Positions 38,511 to 51,899 of a stretch of 64,000 bases of DNA are shown in pieces. The stretch comes from Chiloscyllium plagiosum (taxonomy: Eukaryota), in contig NC_057719.1 in the NCBI RefSeq assembly GCF_004010195.1, forward strand, positions 54,621,971 through 54,685,970, written 5' to 3'. The notes beneath the pieces were generated by a model. That model did not search any database, was not told where the DNA came from, and saw only the letters and a list, made by a program, of their open reading frames with translations. Each line of letters starts with the position of its first letter. Within the stretch, counting starts at the first letter, position 1. Made by a program: the position numbers and the translations under genes.

Positions 38511-40900
38511 TGAACAAAGAACAAAGAAAATTTACAGCCCAAGAACAGGCCCTTCAGCCCTACAGGCCTGAGCCGATTCAAATCTACTGTCTAAACCTGT
38601 TGGTCAATTTCTAAGTATCTGTATCGCTCTGCTCCCCACCCACTCATGCATTTGTCCAGATGCATCTCAAATGAATCTATCATGCCTGCCTCTACCACTT
38701 CTGCTGGCAACACATGCCAGACACCCACCACCCTCTGTGTGAAGTACTTGCCGTGTGTATCCCCGTTAAACTTTCCACCTCTCACCTTGAAACCATGACC
38801 TCTCGTTATTGAATCCTTCATCCTGGGAAAAAGCTTGTCTCTATCCACCCTGTCTATACCCTTCATGATTTTGTAAACCTTAATCAGGTCTCCCCTCAAT
38901 CTCCTTTTTTCAAATGAAAGTAAACCTAACCTACTCAACCTGTCTTCATAGCTAGTACCTTCCATACCAGACAACATCCTCGTAAACCTTCTCTGCACCC
39001 TCTCCAAAGCGTCCACATATTTTCGGTAATGTGGCGACCAAAATTGTACACAGTATTCTAAATAGAGCCGAACCAAAGTCTTGTATAATTTTAACATGAC
39101 CTGCGAGCTCTTATACTCAATACCCCATCCAATGAAGGCAAGCATACTATATGCCTTCTTGACCGCTCTATCCACCTGTGCAGCAACCTTCAGGGTACAA
39201 TGGACCTGCACTCCCAGATCTCTTTGCCAATCAACTTTTCCCAAGGCTCTTCCATTCATTGTATAATTTACTCGAGAATTAGACTTGCCTACATGCATCA
39301 CCTCACATTTGTCTGGATTGAAATCCATCTGCCACTTTTCCACCCAACTCTCCAGTCTATCGGTATCCTTCTGTATTCTTTGACAGTCCCTTATGCTTTC
39401 TGCTACTCCACCAATCTTCATGTCATCTGCAAACTTGTTGATCATACCAACAGTGCCCTCTTCCACATCATGTATGTATATTACAAACAACAGTGGCCCC
39501 AATACTGACCCTTTTGAAACACCACTGGGCACCTTTCTCCATTTCAAGAAGCTCCCTTCAACTACTACTCTCTGTCTCCTGTTGCTCAACTAGTTCTTTA
39601 TCCATCTTGCTAGAACACCCTGTACACCATGTGACTTTACTTTCTCCATTAGTCTACCAGGGGGAACCTTATCAAACACCTTACTAAAGTCCATGTATAT
39701 GACATCAACAGCCCTTCCTTCATCTATCAACTTGGTCACTTCCTCGAAGAACTCTATTAAGTTGGTAAGACATGATCTCCCTCACACAAAGCCATGTTGC
39801 TTATCACTGATAAGCCCATTCTTTTCTAAATATAAATAGATCCTATCCCCTCTCTAGCAACTTCCCCACCACCGACGTCAGGCTCACTGGTCTGTAGTAA
39901 CCCGAAATATCCCTACTACCCTTCTCGTACAGGGGGAAAACATGAGCAACCTTCCAGTCCTCCGGCACTTCACCTGTATTTAAGGATGCCACAAAGATAT
40001 CTGTCAGGGTCGCAGCTATTTCCCCTCTTGCCTCCCTCAGCAACCTTGGATAGATCCCATCTGGTCCTGGGGATTTGTCCACCTTAATAACCTCTAGCCT
40101 ACCCAACACATCTTCCCTACTTATGTCAACGTGATCCACACTAATCAAACTTTTATCTTTAATCTCAAGATTCATAATGTACCTCTCCTCAGTGAACACT
40201 GATGAAAAATAATCATTCAGAATCTCACCCATTCACTCAGGTTCGACACACAACCTTCCTTCATTGTCCTTTAGTGGATCAATCCTTTCTCTAGTTACCC
40301 GCTTGCTTCTTATATAAAAATAAAATGCTTTGGGATTCTCCTTAATTCTGCTTGCTTGGTCCCTTTTAGCCCGCTTGATTCCTCATTTAAGACTTGTCCC
40401 ACTCTTCCGATATTTCTCCAGGGCCCGTTCTGTTCTTAACTGCCTTGACCTTATGTATGCTTCCCTTTTCCTCTTTTCTCGTCGTACAATTTCTCCTGTC
40501 ATCCACGGTTCACGAATCTTGCCCTTCCTATACATTGCCTTCAACAGACCATGCCTATCCTGCACTATCTTTAACCTACCTTTGAAAGCCTCCCACATAT
40601 CAAATGTGGACTTCCCTTCAAATAGCCGTATCCAATCCACATTTCCAAGCTCCTGCCTAATTTTGATATAATTGGCCTTGGCCCAGTTTAGTACTCTTAC
40701 CTTAGGACCACTCTCATCCTTATCTACGAGTATTCTAAAACTTACAGAATTGTGGTCACTGTTCCCAAAGAAATCCCCCACCGCAACTTCTACCACCTGT
40801 CCTGGCTCGTTCCCCAGTTCAACGTCCAACATGGCCCCTTCCCTCGTTGGACTATTGACATACTGCTCTAGGAAACTCTCCTGGACGCTTCTTACAAATT
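38511..40900 (-). mobile_element. CR1 LINE, about 2.4 kb, 5'-truncated, disrupted ORF2
   Basis: ORF2 pieces: endonuclease end (PTREGAMLD, NSDHNSV), KSPGPDGIYPRLL, YRPVSLTSV, and a 332-aa RT block with GSVLGPLLF and KFADD. Confidence 0.97.
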
Positions 40901-40969
40901 GTACCAAATATGGCATCAAAAAGTCCTGTCAAAACTGAAGTCAATAAGAATTGAAGATGAGGAGGAATC

Positions 40970-42165
40970 TCCATTGTTTGGAGTCACATTTAGCACAAGG
41001 TAAGATGTCTGTGGTTCTTGGAGGTCAACCTTCCGAGTTCTAGGACATCTCTGCAGGAGTTCCACCAGTTAGTGTCCTAAGCCCAACTATTTTTAGCTGT
41101 TTCATCAATAGTGCCCTTCCCTCCATCATAGAGTCAGAAGCGAAGTTTTTCAAACTGTGATTACACAAATTTCTGTAACATTTGTGACCTCGTCAGATAA
41201 TGAAACAGTCTGTGTCAATTTTTGGCAAAAGCTGAAAAATATTCAGACTTGGGTTAATAAGTGACAAGTTACATTCACGTCAAATAAGTACCAGGCAATT
41301 GTCATATTCAACAAGAAAGAATCTAATTATCTTCCCTTTATCAAAAACAGAAATTGCTGGAAAAACTCAGCAGGCCTAGCAACATCTGTGTAAAAAAAGC
41401 AAAGTCAACATTTTGGATCCAATGACCCTTCTTCAGAATTGATTGTAGCTAGGAAGGATTGATATATGTAAGATGGGTTGGGGGATGGATGGGGCTGGGG
41501 GGGCAATTGAGGAAGAAGAATTGATAGGTGGAGATGGAGCCCAGAGAGACAGAGCAACAGTTGGGCAGACAAAGGATAAAGGTCAGCCTGGGTGAACCAC
41601 TAGCCTGCTAATCATGACCATCAGTATCTGACAATGGTTTGATTGTGATTGCAGTGACTAGATATGTGATGGCAAGGCCTGGTGTGAGGGCTATGGGTAA
41701 GGACATGGGATAGGGTGCTCAGGGCCTGAAATTATTGAACTCTTCATTGAGTTCAGGAGGTTGCAATGTTCCCAAGTGGAAAATGGATGAGATTCACCCA
41801 GGTTCTTGGCCCCAATCCTCACAACTCTCACTAATTCTTTGTGGCAACATTGCATACTATCTATAATACAAATCTGTGCCATCTATTAACTAAAAGGACA
41901 AGGGCAGCAAATACATGGGAACACCAACACCTTAACATCCTACTCCAAGTTACACACAGTTTTGATATGGAATTATTTTGTTGGTCTTTCACTGTCACTG
42001 GCCCAAAATCCTGGACCTCTCTTCTTACCAGCACTGTGGGAGTATCTAAAACCTTGGGACTGCAGCTCTTGAAGAATGTAGTACCTCAGTGCCTTCTCAA
42101 GGGTAGTAAAGTTGGGAAGTAAATCATGGCCTAGCCAGTAATGCCCATTTACTGTGAATAAACAA
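40970..42165 (+). mobile_element. Decayed CR1/L2-group LINE (tail donor of SINE family B), interrupted by a PLE
   Basis: gcaggagttcc...agtgtcctaagccca (GVPQGSVLGP-like); tail ggcctagccagtaatgccca. Confidence 0.75.
41343..41790 (-). mobile_element. PLE 3' fragment
   Basis: Reverse complement similar to 28885-29360. Confidence 0.8.
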
Positions 42166-42287
42166 GATAAGATCACTATCCTCTTGTTTGCACTACTACA
42201 CAAAGTCAAGTATATACATACAGTACAGTGTCCTGTGGGGGTGTCGGAGGAATCCAAACAGTGTGCAAATCAGCTGACATTCATTCC

Positions 42288-42296
42288 TATATAAAG
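42288..42296 (+). promoter_or_regulatory. Possible TATA box
   Basis: TATATAAAG in unique sequence about 150 bp before a strong donor at 42443; E-box CAGCTG at 42271. Confidence 0.25.
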
Positions 42297-42393
42297 GGTG
42301 AGTCTCTTGTGTAACTGGAGGGTAAAACAGGGAAGCGGCTGAGAGGAAATTCTAGTGTGCCCTGTTTTTATTTACTGCTATAATATCAAATAG

Positions 42394-42442
42394 CAAGTGG
42401 AATTGAAGTCTGATGAAAGAACTGAAAAATTCAGGAGAAAAG
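42394..42442 (+). other. Candidate exon (likely non-coding); 5' boundary uncertain
   Basis: Strong donor AAG|gtaaga at 42442/42443. Confidence 0.3.
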
Positions 42443-44021
42443 GTAAGACTTTTTAATACCAGTTCCTGATGTCTTGTTGTAAATTTGCTAGATAACTTTC
42501 ATTGCCAGAAGATGTAATTTGCATGTCTGTATTTTTCATGCATGTCCACATGTTCTATTCCCTGCAAATACATGACTGTTCTGCTGTGTTCTCACTGGGA
42601 GAGCAGAAGCACCACAGGCAGTGTTCTGGACAGGTCTTAGTTTATCTTTAAAAGGATTGGTAAGACTGCAGTAGTATTGTCTCTAAATGGAGGTGGAAAT
42701 TTTGGGAAATTATTCCTTAACATGAAGAGATCCACAAATAAAATTTCTAGAAGTTGAAACTCAAAATATTTCTGGAAGTAATTAGCTTTTGATTATTATC
42801 AAGTGCCATTCCATGAATCTGGAATGGTGAGATCACAGATAAGTTAATAGTTTTCTGAATTGCCATTATTTTAGGTTTCTGAATTAAAAGAATGCTTTTA
42901 CTGCCATTACAATTAGAGAATGTCACATTCGCATCAGGCTGTAGCAATGTCCTGAAAACATTAATTAACTTTGATGTTTGTAATGTGGACAATATATGGA
43001 CTTCTGACAGTCTTCTTGACTACACCTCCTCCCCCCCCACTTCAATGGACTCCTGCCCTTCAGCTTGATGAATAGCTAACCATCCAACACTCTCCCTCCC
43101 AACATCAAGCTTCCAATCTCTTCTAGGTATCCCACCCCAATACCTGAGCACCCAAATGTCTCACCCACTTTTCAGCCTTATCCCTTGACTCAACTGCCAC
43201 ACTATCCCCATCACCCACTTGGCATCTTACTCCCTCAACCCCCAATACATAACTGTCTTACCCATTAGCTACAACCTTACTCTCTCTTCTATTTACCTTA
43301 CGCATTTACCTTCTCTTAGTAGCTGTCAAAGTGGCTTTGGGACCTTTGAACATTTCATTTACTGGAGTCCAGCAGCTATTGCTGTCAAAACGGGGCATTG
43401 TTTCTGTGGAAATTTACTCTGTTGCTGTGTGCATAGTTTTCTGGACTGTTTCTGTTGTGATGGATCCTGGATCCAAAGTCTAGTTGGAAAGGGAGCGGGA
43501 AGACAAATGGAAAACGTTTTGTCTGACCGAGGTTGGAAATAAGGAACCAGCCCAAGTCAGAAGATTCTGGTCTTAAACATCGATGACTTTTTAAAAGATA
43601 AAGCTTTTTGATTTCCTTAGGTTGATTTTACCTTTAAAAATACCTCGGGCAAGTGGGATAGGGGTTCTTGTCGTCCCATAGGAACCGGAAATGAATATAA
43701 AGCTTAGAGGTGTTCCCTTTCTGACAGCTCCCCTATTTTCAGAACTTCAGAAAAAGATGGCCATAAAAACAACAGAAAAGGGACTATAAGTTTTGAATTT
43801 CAAACCACCACATTACTGGACAGAAGGTCTCACACATTTATTTACTGCATCTGCATGATTTATTTCAAACCACCTGTGAGCCCAGAAGAAATGATCATTT
43901 TTTTGAATGTGAAGTAATAATTAATGCTAGATTGGTGAATGGTTCACACAAGCAAAAAGAATAAACAGCGGATATCAGGATTAAATTAAATAAATATAAT
44001 ATAGTTGGTTTTATTCATCAT

Positions 44022-44160
44022 GAGGCAAAAGTGAGGACTGAAGATGCTGGAAACAAGAGTTTAGATCAGAGTGGTGCTGGAAAAGCACAGCAGGTCAGGC
44101 AGCATCCGAGAAGCAGGAAAATCAACATTCCGGGCAAAAGCCCTTTATCAGGGATCTAAA
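44022..44160 (-). mobile_element. PLE terminal-repeat fragment
   Basis: Reverse complement of the 19405-19530 family; 12-bp TSD tttattcatcat at 44010-44021 and 44164-44175. Confidence 0.85.
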
Positions 44161-44546
44161 CCCTTTATTCATCATTACTTCATGCTAATATTCAAAGACA
44201 AACTCAGCTCATGGAGTGCATCAACACTTAATTGGTTTATCAATAACTAATGTTAAAATCTATTGAGCTGCACAAATCCTTAAGTGTAAATTCATATTTG
44301 TTTCATATAATACTTTATTGTCATTAAAATATGCATACAACACTAAATACAGGACAACTGATTGTCTTGGTAAAATGCAATGTCCAAATGTTTTTTTATC
44401 TAGTGAATTCTGATTTTATATCTATTACAGGGCAATATGAAATGAGCAATATAAATTCACTAAGACACATTGGAAAATAATAGGTGCTGAGATTTAATAG
44501 CTACTGCTGTTTTGCATTGCTTACACCTTTGTTTGTATCTTTTCAG

Positions 44547-44592
44547 AGGAGAAAACAATCCTGGATTAACAATGGTGTTTCGCAGCAATAAG
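44547..44592 (+). CDS. Candidate 46-nt exon with possible start (MVFRSNK from 44572)
   Basis: Good acceptor tttgtatcttttcag, Kozak-like acaATGG, donor AAG|gtatca. Confidence 0.3.
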
Positions 44593-45922
44593 GTATCAGT
44601 TTCTGAAAATGATAAACCTCTCTACGCAACATTTTGTACAAAATACCATTATCAGAGCTAGAAAAGAAATGGTCTGTGGTAAATGATTTTGTGAAGATTA
44701 CAGAATGTGCAATGCTCATTGCAAGGCAGTTGTGAACATTTGCAACTGATGGCTTTTATAAAATATCAGATCAAGGCCATTTAAGAAGAGAACAACTGCA
44801 AGCTCGGAAATGGTTGTGTAGTTAAGAATATTTTCAACTTTCACTCAATCATTTACCATACAAATTGGGTACTTGAGAGTAGGATGAACTTCAGAGAATT
44901 CATACCAGCATATTAGCTGTATGCGAAACAGAGAAAATTCTATTACAGGTATATCTGACATTTTTTGTTCAACTAAAATAACACGTTAGCAAGCTATGTA
45001 TTAAGAATAAAATAGCCAATTCTTAATGCTATTGGACTAGACACAAGTATAGATCAGGAAAAGGATATTTTGCTGGATATTGCAGGGTCCATAAATTGAA
45101 TGTTGTGAGGACATCCCAAAATGGTGGGTAGAAAATATGGGCATAACTCTAGTTTAGAAACTTGTCAAATTGATTGGGTACAGATAAGATCTTTATCACC
45201 TCTGTGAAACAAGTGCTAAATATATCAGTACATCTCACACATCACCATCCACACATAAGACCATTATTTTTAAAGCAGTTCACCCAAACATTGGCATTAC
45301 TAAACCACTTGGTCAATAACTGCCTCGGTGGCAGATTTAAAAAAAAACTCACTCACATTTCACCAAAGCTCTTCAATCACTTTTCACACTAGAAATAAAC
45401 TGGTATTGTTTTCAACTGAATGAATATTTTTGATCACAATGGGTTTTGTAAGGAATCCTTATTACCTTCAATAAAAAGCTGCACCATTCCATTAACTTAG
45501 ACATGACTGACCATTAATGCAATTATTATTACACAAAGACCTAAACTGTATTCTGAAATGGTCATTACGTTATGCCATGGTGCTTAATGCCATTCTGAAC
45601 ATTGCTGGCTTTTTCTGCAAGAGTATCCTGGAAAGTAAAGTTGGTGACCCAATCAAGTATGACCTGAAGACCTTAAAAACTACAGTCACAATGCAATTGT
45701 GACAGAGGGACTAGATATTAGGACTAGACACAGAGCATTGTTTAAAACAATGTTCTGAGTAGTGTTGAGCTTCCAAAGTTCAACAATTTTTTAAAAATCT
45801 CAACCCTCTAAATTCTCCTTTTTGTTTCGAGTTGAAATCCTGCTACTGTTTCAGCAGGACCTCTTCCCTGTTCCCAACTTTTTCCGACATTGATTCTTCA
45901 ACTGACATATCCCCACTCTTTC

Positions 45923-48020
45923 ATAGAACATAGAACAAACAGTGCAGTACAGGCCCTTTGGCCCTTGATGTTGCGCCAACCTGTGGAGCCAATCGGAAGC
46001 CCATCAAGCCTACACTATTCCATTTTCATCCATATGTTTATCCAATGCCCTTAAACTTGGTCAGTCTATTATTGTTGCAGACAGTGCATTCCATGTTCCT
46101 ACTAATTTCTGCGTAAAGAAACTACCTCTGACATCTGTCCTATATCTATCACCCTCAATTTATAGCGATGTCCCCTCATGCTAGCCATCACCATCGAGGA
46201 AAAACACTCACTGTTCATGCCATTTAACCCTCTGATTATCTAATATGTCTGAATTCTGTCACCTCTCAACCTTCTCTCTAATGAAAACAGCCTTAAGTCC
46301 CTCAGACTTTCTTTGTAAGACCTTCCCTCCATACCAGGCAATGTCCTAGTAAATCTTCTTTGAACCCTTTCCAAAGCTTCCACATCCTTCCTGTAATACA
46401 GTGACCAGAACTGTACGCAATACTCCAAGTGCGGCTGAACGAGAGTTTTGTACAGCTGCAGCATGACCTTGTAGCTCCGAAACACAATCCCTTTACCAAT
46501 AAAAGCTAACACACCTTATGCCTTCTTAACAACCCTATCAACCTAGGTGGCAACTTTCAGGGATCTATGTACACCATGCTGCCCTTGGTGGGCGGCATGG
46601 TGGCACAGTGGTTAGCACTCCTGCCTCACTGCACCAGAGACCCGGGTTCAATTCCCGCCTCAGGCGACTGACTGTGTGGAGTTTGCACATTCTCCCCGTG
46701 TCTGCGTGGGTTTCCTCCGGGTGCTCCGGTTTCCTCCCACAGTCCAAAGATGTGCAGTTCAGGTGAATTGGCTATACTAAATTGCCTGTAGTGTTAGGTA
46801 AGGGGTAAATGTAAATGTAGGGGTAGGGGTAGGGGTATGGGTGGGTTGCGCTTTGGCAGGTCGGTGTGGACTTGTTGGGCCGAAGGGCCTGTTTCCACAC
46901 AGTAATGTAATGAAATCTAATGAAATCTACATGTACACCATCTCCGCCCATCTACACTACCAAGGATCTTACCATTAGCCCTGTACTCTTTATTCCTGTT
47001 GCTGCTTCCAAAGTGAACCACCTCATACTTTTCCACATTAAACTCCATTTGCCACCTCTCAGCCCACCTCTGCAGCTTATCTATTTCCTTCTGTAACCTG
47101 TAACACCTGTCAACACTGTCTACAACCCCACCGACCTTAGTGTCATCCACAATTTTACTAACCCATCCTTCCATGCCTTCATCCAAGTTATTAATAAAAA
47201 TGACAAACAGCAGTTGCCCCAAAACAGATCCTTGTGTACACTACTAGTTACTGAACTCCAAGATGAACATTTCCCATCAACCACCACCCTCTGTATTCTT
47301 TCAGCCAACTTCTGATCCAAACAGCTAAATCACTCTCAATCCAATGTCTCTGTATTTTATGCAATAGCCTACCTTATCAAGCACCTTACTGAAATTCATA
47401 TACTCCACATCAACCATTTTACCCTTATCCACCTGGTTGGTCACCTTCTCAAAGACCTCAATAAGGTTTGTGAGGCACCTTCACTTACCCTTCAATAAGT
47501 CGTGTTGACTATCCCTAATCAACTTATTCTTCTACAGATGATTATAAATCCTATCTCTTATAACCTTTTCCAACACTTTACCCACAACCAAAGTAAGCCT
47601 CAATGGCCTATAATTACCAGGGTAGTTTCTAATCCTGTTCTTAAACAAGGAGGCAACATTTGCTATCCTGTAGTCATTTGGCACTATTCTTGTAGACAAT
47701 GACAACATAAAGATCAAAGCCAAAGGCTCTGCAATCTCCTCCCTGGCTTCCCAGAGAATCCTACAGAAAACATCTGGCCCAGGAGACATTTCTGTTTTTA
47801 TACTCTCCAGAATTACGAGCACTTCCTCCTTGTGAACCTCAATCCCACCTTGTCTAGTAGCCTGTTTCTCAGTATTCTCCTCAACAACATTGTCTTTTTC
47901 CAGTATGAATACTGAGTAAAAATATTCGTTTAGTGCTTCCCCATGTCCTTAGACCCCACACACAACTTCCCACTACTATCCTTGATTGGCGCTAACCTTT
48001 CTCTAGTCATTATTTTACTC
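45923..48020 (-). mobile_element. CR1 LINE with nested HE1 SINE
   Basis: Minus ORFs SPGPD..RILWEAREEIA, NYRPLRLT, KIVDDTKVGG, HLEYCVQFWS. Confidence 0.95.
46590..46930 (+). mobile_element. Well-preserved HE1-type SINE
   Basis: A box tggcacagtggtt, B box ggttcaattcc, V-domain, repeat tail; 11-bp TSD atgtacaccat at 46567-46577 and 46931-46941. Confidence 0.95.
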
Positions 48021-49367
48021 CTGTCTCCTTATTTGCTAGAGTGTCTCCAGCTGATGTAAAATATTCCTTGCTTTGTCATAGGTTAAACACTACATCATTG
48101 AGAAATCTCATTTTTGGTTTCTGTGCCCCTAAATATAAAGTCCCCTTTAATATCTCCATTTCTAATTTGCTCTTCATCATGCCCCATCAGCCTTCTGCAT
48201 CTTCTGGTCTAGATTATCACTATCCTACCTGTAATCTTTCTCCTTGACTTCACAGGTGGCAAGGATATTGTATATTGTTGGACATGACCAATGACTGCAC
48301 GGCATCCTTCTCAACATTTTCAAAATCCCTTACATTCTGCTCCTTTCCAGTCTCAATCTTCCTTCCTTGTCCTCTCATCTGTTGGATTTTGTGTAGCTAA
48401 CTCTCTAGCTCAATTGTTCTGAGTCAAAGGGATGTAAGACAGAAGCATCTCCTACAGACACATTTACACAGGACAGTCTTGCATTCATAAAAATGCCCAC
48501 ATGCTGCAGCCCAGCTAAAATAATGTGCATAACATGAAGATCCTTTCAGTCCATTTAGCCATGTCTTTTCAAAGTCACATTCAATCTGGTCTATCAAAAG
48601 CCTTTATCTTCAGGGAAGGATTCAAAAATATTTAATCTCTCCACCAAGAGCAAAATTACCTAAATCACATTATCTAATCTAACTGTATTCCTCGGCACAA
48701 AATTTCTGCATTATTATGAAATCAAATCTCTGTTGTACAAATTCACCAAAAATACGTTATGATCCAAAATTAACGGTGCAAGCCTCAAACATGGGCTTAA
48801 TCAGAGATTCATCAAGCACCAGTATATCTCTGTTACCTGTCTTCACATAGTAGAGACTTATACTGTTTTGACATCTTGTTCTAAGTGATATATGCCTTAT
48901 ATGTGTGCTATCTGGCTCGCTCAAATATATGAGTGACTTACAGCAACAAGGAAGATAAGTTTAATAATTTCCACATTCACTATTTGCAGTGCATTGTCAG
49001 TATACACCTGGAGGATAGAAGCACGATTCCAGCAGTCTTCTCAAAGGCAGAGCTTACAATTGTATTGACAGTAATTACATAGAGGCAACTTGTACGTTCA
49101 GGCCTTTCTATAATATAAAAGCTAGTCACAAAGGGTTTCTGTGTGGTGAAGGGAGCCAGAGCCAGACAACCAGTAGAGCATCGAAGGTCCTGGTTAAAGG
49201 AGATTGTAAAAAACAAATTAAAGCTAGACTTGACAAAGGGTCATGAGTTGACTCAGCAAAGAAATTTCAACAAATTCTTTGGGCTGGATGGCACTACCAC
49301 AACCACCAATGCCTCCGACAGTTTGGCAACAGACATCGGTGCAAAAACAAAGTACAATACAATATAA

Positions 49368-49770
49368 AGCAAAATACAGCAGATGCTGGAAATCTGAAGT
49401 CAACAACAAGGAATGCTGGAGAAACTCAGCAGTTCTGGCAATCTCAGTGGAGAGAAGAACAAAGTTAAAGCTTGAGTCAGATATGACTCTGAAGAATCAT
49501 CATACTGGACTTGAAATATTAATGCTGTTTCTCTCTCTAGACATACTGCCAGATCCATTGAGTTTATCCAATATTGCTCATGTTTTAACTTACAATATCA
49601 TTTCAGAAGTCACACAACACAAGATTACAGTACAACAGGTTTATTTTGAATCACCGTCTTTCGGAGCACTGCTCCTCTAAAAGCTTGGCATTTCAAATAA
49701 ATCTGTTTGACTATGATCTTGTGTTGTGTAACTTCTGACATTGTCCACCCTTGTCCAACACTGGCATCAT
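49368..49770. mobile_element. Two adjacent palindromic PLE mini-elements of different families
   Basis: 49368-49590 resembles the 16996 type and 49605-49770 resembles the 22576 type. Confidence 0.75.
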
Positions 49771-51419
49771 CACAATATAATTTGGCAGCTTTATGTCTGG
49801 TTCAGGTGGAAGAGCCTACTTCTCAAACATTGACCTTCACATCCTTCAGAAAAGATGCACCTAATGAAGACTCCCTCGATAAATTAATTGTTAACTGGGC
49901 ATCCATCATTTCTTTTCAATAAAAAATATAAATACATAAAGTAATTTTAATGATCTTGGTGCAACACCACATATCAGAACAACTTTGTTGTCATGTTCAT
50001 ATTATGGTTTCCCCTTTTCACTCAAAAGATCTAATCTTCTCCCACTTATTTATTTTCTGCTAGAACATAAACTTACAAATCAATTAGCAAAGCAATCCAC
50101 TAGCAGTCTCGAAAGGCCTTTGTTATTACAAAAGCTAGGCTGCTGTCCATTAGCATGAAAATGGAATGGTGTGCCTGGATCAATTGAATGAAACTCTAGT
50201 TCATTTTACACCAGCCAGATCTCAGTCAAGTATCTGTTGACGAAAATTGTTCAGTTGTTATATTACCTTGTCAATGTGTTCAGCTGGGAGTCTTTTCATG
50301 ATACCCTTGGCTGGTACTTTTCTCAAAACTTCCAGCTTAATTATTCCAAGAGCTATGACCAAGTGTTTTGTACTATCATCAGCAATTTATTTATGTGTCT
50401 GTTACCATTATTGGACATTTGTAAATATGTGCAAATGTTATTAAAATATATTCATTTCTTACAGTTAAATAATATCAGTTTACCAAAAGAATGTACTAAA
50501 ATCAAGATCATAATTGCCAATGTGTGACTAACATTATAATCTAACACAATTAATCTGTTCGGCCCTAGGATCAAATAAATGGCCTTATTCACCCCAGTTT
50601 GAGCTGATAGATTTACATTGTTTGTAGTAAGAAAGGTTCATGCTGCACTACAAGAGCAGAGTTTTGTGTTTAGACAACAGGTAAGCTGTAAAATAAGGTG
50701 TTGTGATGTTATATTATAAACCCCAATGCCATTGTGTCCAAATTCAATATTTGAAAAAATCAGAAGCCTACTCACTTTCCCATCCAGGCTGGTTAAAAGC
50801 TGGTGGGAACTAATTTTCTAATTCGCTGTGATTTTTCATTGGTCAGGTGACTGCAAGGGGGCTGCATGGGCAGATGGGAATTATAACAGTGACATCCAAA
50901 CAGTACAACGATGCAAATAAAAGATTTAATCAGTGGATTAGAGTGAGGAGTTGGAGGCTGTAATTAAGACTGAATAAGAGGTGAGAGAAATGGTTCCTTG
51001 AGGATTCTGATCAGCCATTTGATATTGAGCAACTGAAGGCAAAGGGACCAGCAGAGGAGACACAAAAGCCCATTGAAATGATGCACTCTTCAGCAAGTTC
51101 CTCAAGTGATGACAAGGGAAGGAGAAGCAGTGAGAGATGGACAGATGGCCGGTGCCAGAGCAACCAGCTTGCTGCACAGTATGCAGGGCATGGTGACACT
51201 GAAGGCTTCAGAGAGGAGCATTGATTCCCAGGGAGATGGCTTTACCTTGATGGAAGAGTGTACAGAAGTGCTTAAATTACCTTCAGATTACATAGTGTCG
51301 AAGTTAGAGATGGTGGTGTCACTCCATATAGGCGGCCATATCTTCGAGAGAGATTCTTACAATGGAGATAAACGTCAATTGTGTGGTTGGTTATTTGATG
51401 CCTGTGATACATAAAGAAC

Positions 51420-51870
51420 ATGATGGCCTTAAATTTCTATGCCTCGGGATCCATTCAAGAATAAGTAGGTGACATCGGCAACATTTTGCATTCATCAGTC
51501 TATAGTTATATCAGAATAATGACAAGATGTATTGTATTGTTAAGAAGAATAGACACCTTCATAAAGTTTAACACCAATGACAACAGTGCAAAACTGGAAG
51601 AGAAAGAGTGTATGTGACCATTGATCGTTTCCCTAATATACAAAAAAGTCACTGATTGCACTCATATGGTACCGATGGGCCAGCCAAGGTTATTTGTGAA
51701 TCAGAAAGCATTTAATTCCCTTAAAGTACAGATAATATGTGAGCACTGTGCTGGTGTTCGCAATGATACCCTCGGAGTAGCCACAGTATCTGTGTCTGAA
51801 TCCTTAGGCAGTCCCATGTAACCCAATGTTTCAGCACCTGTTTCCAGTATCTTGAAGATATTGAAATTGC
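51420..51870 (+). mobile_element. PIF/Harbinger transposase pseudogene fragment
   Basis: ALNFYASGSIQE*VGDIG, TDCTHM...FVNQKAFNSLKVQIICEH and YPRSSH...ILRQS correspond to HARBI1-type DDE transposase motifs; stops and frameshifts present. Confidence 0.8.
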
Positions 51871-51899
51871 ACAATCATTGAATCTTCCATTCTTTCTGT

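Noticed and set aside
38591..39589. 332-aa reverse transcriptase ORF as an active or domesticated gene
   Set aside because: Part of a 5'-truncated CR1 with upstream stops and frameshifts and an altered PQG motif (SKG)
46590..46660. tRNA-like sequences with A and B boxes
   Set aside because: They are SINE heads followed by V-domain or LINE-derived tails, not tRNA genes
49143..49367. 74-aa ORF with a Thr run
   Set aside because: Non-ATG start, no recognisable motif and no convincing splice sites
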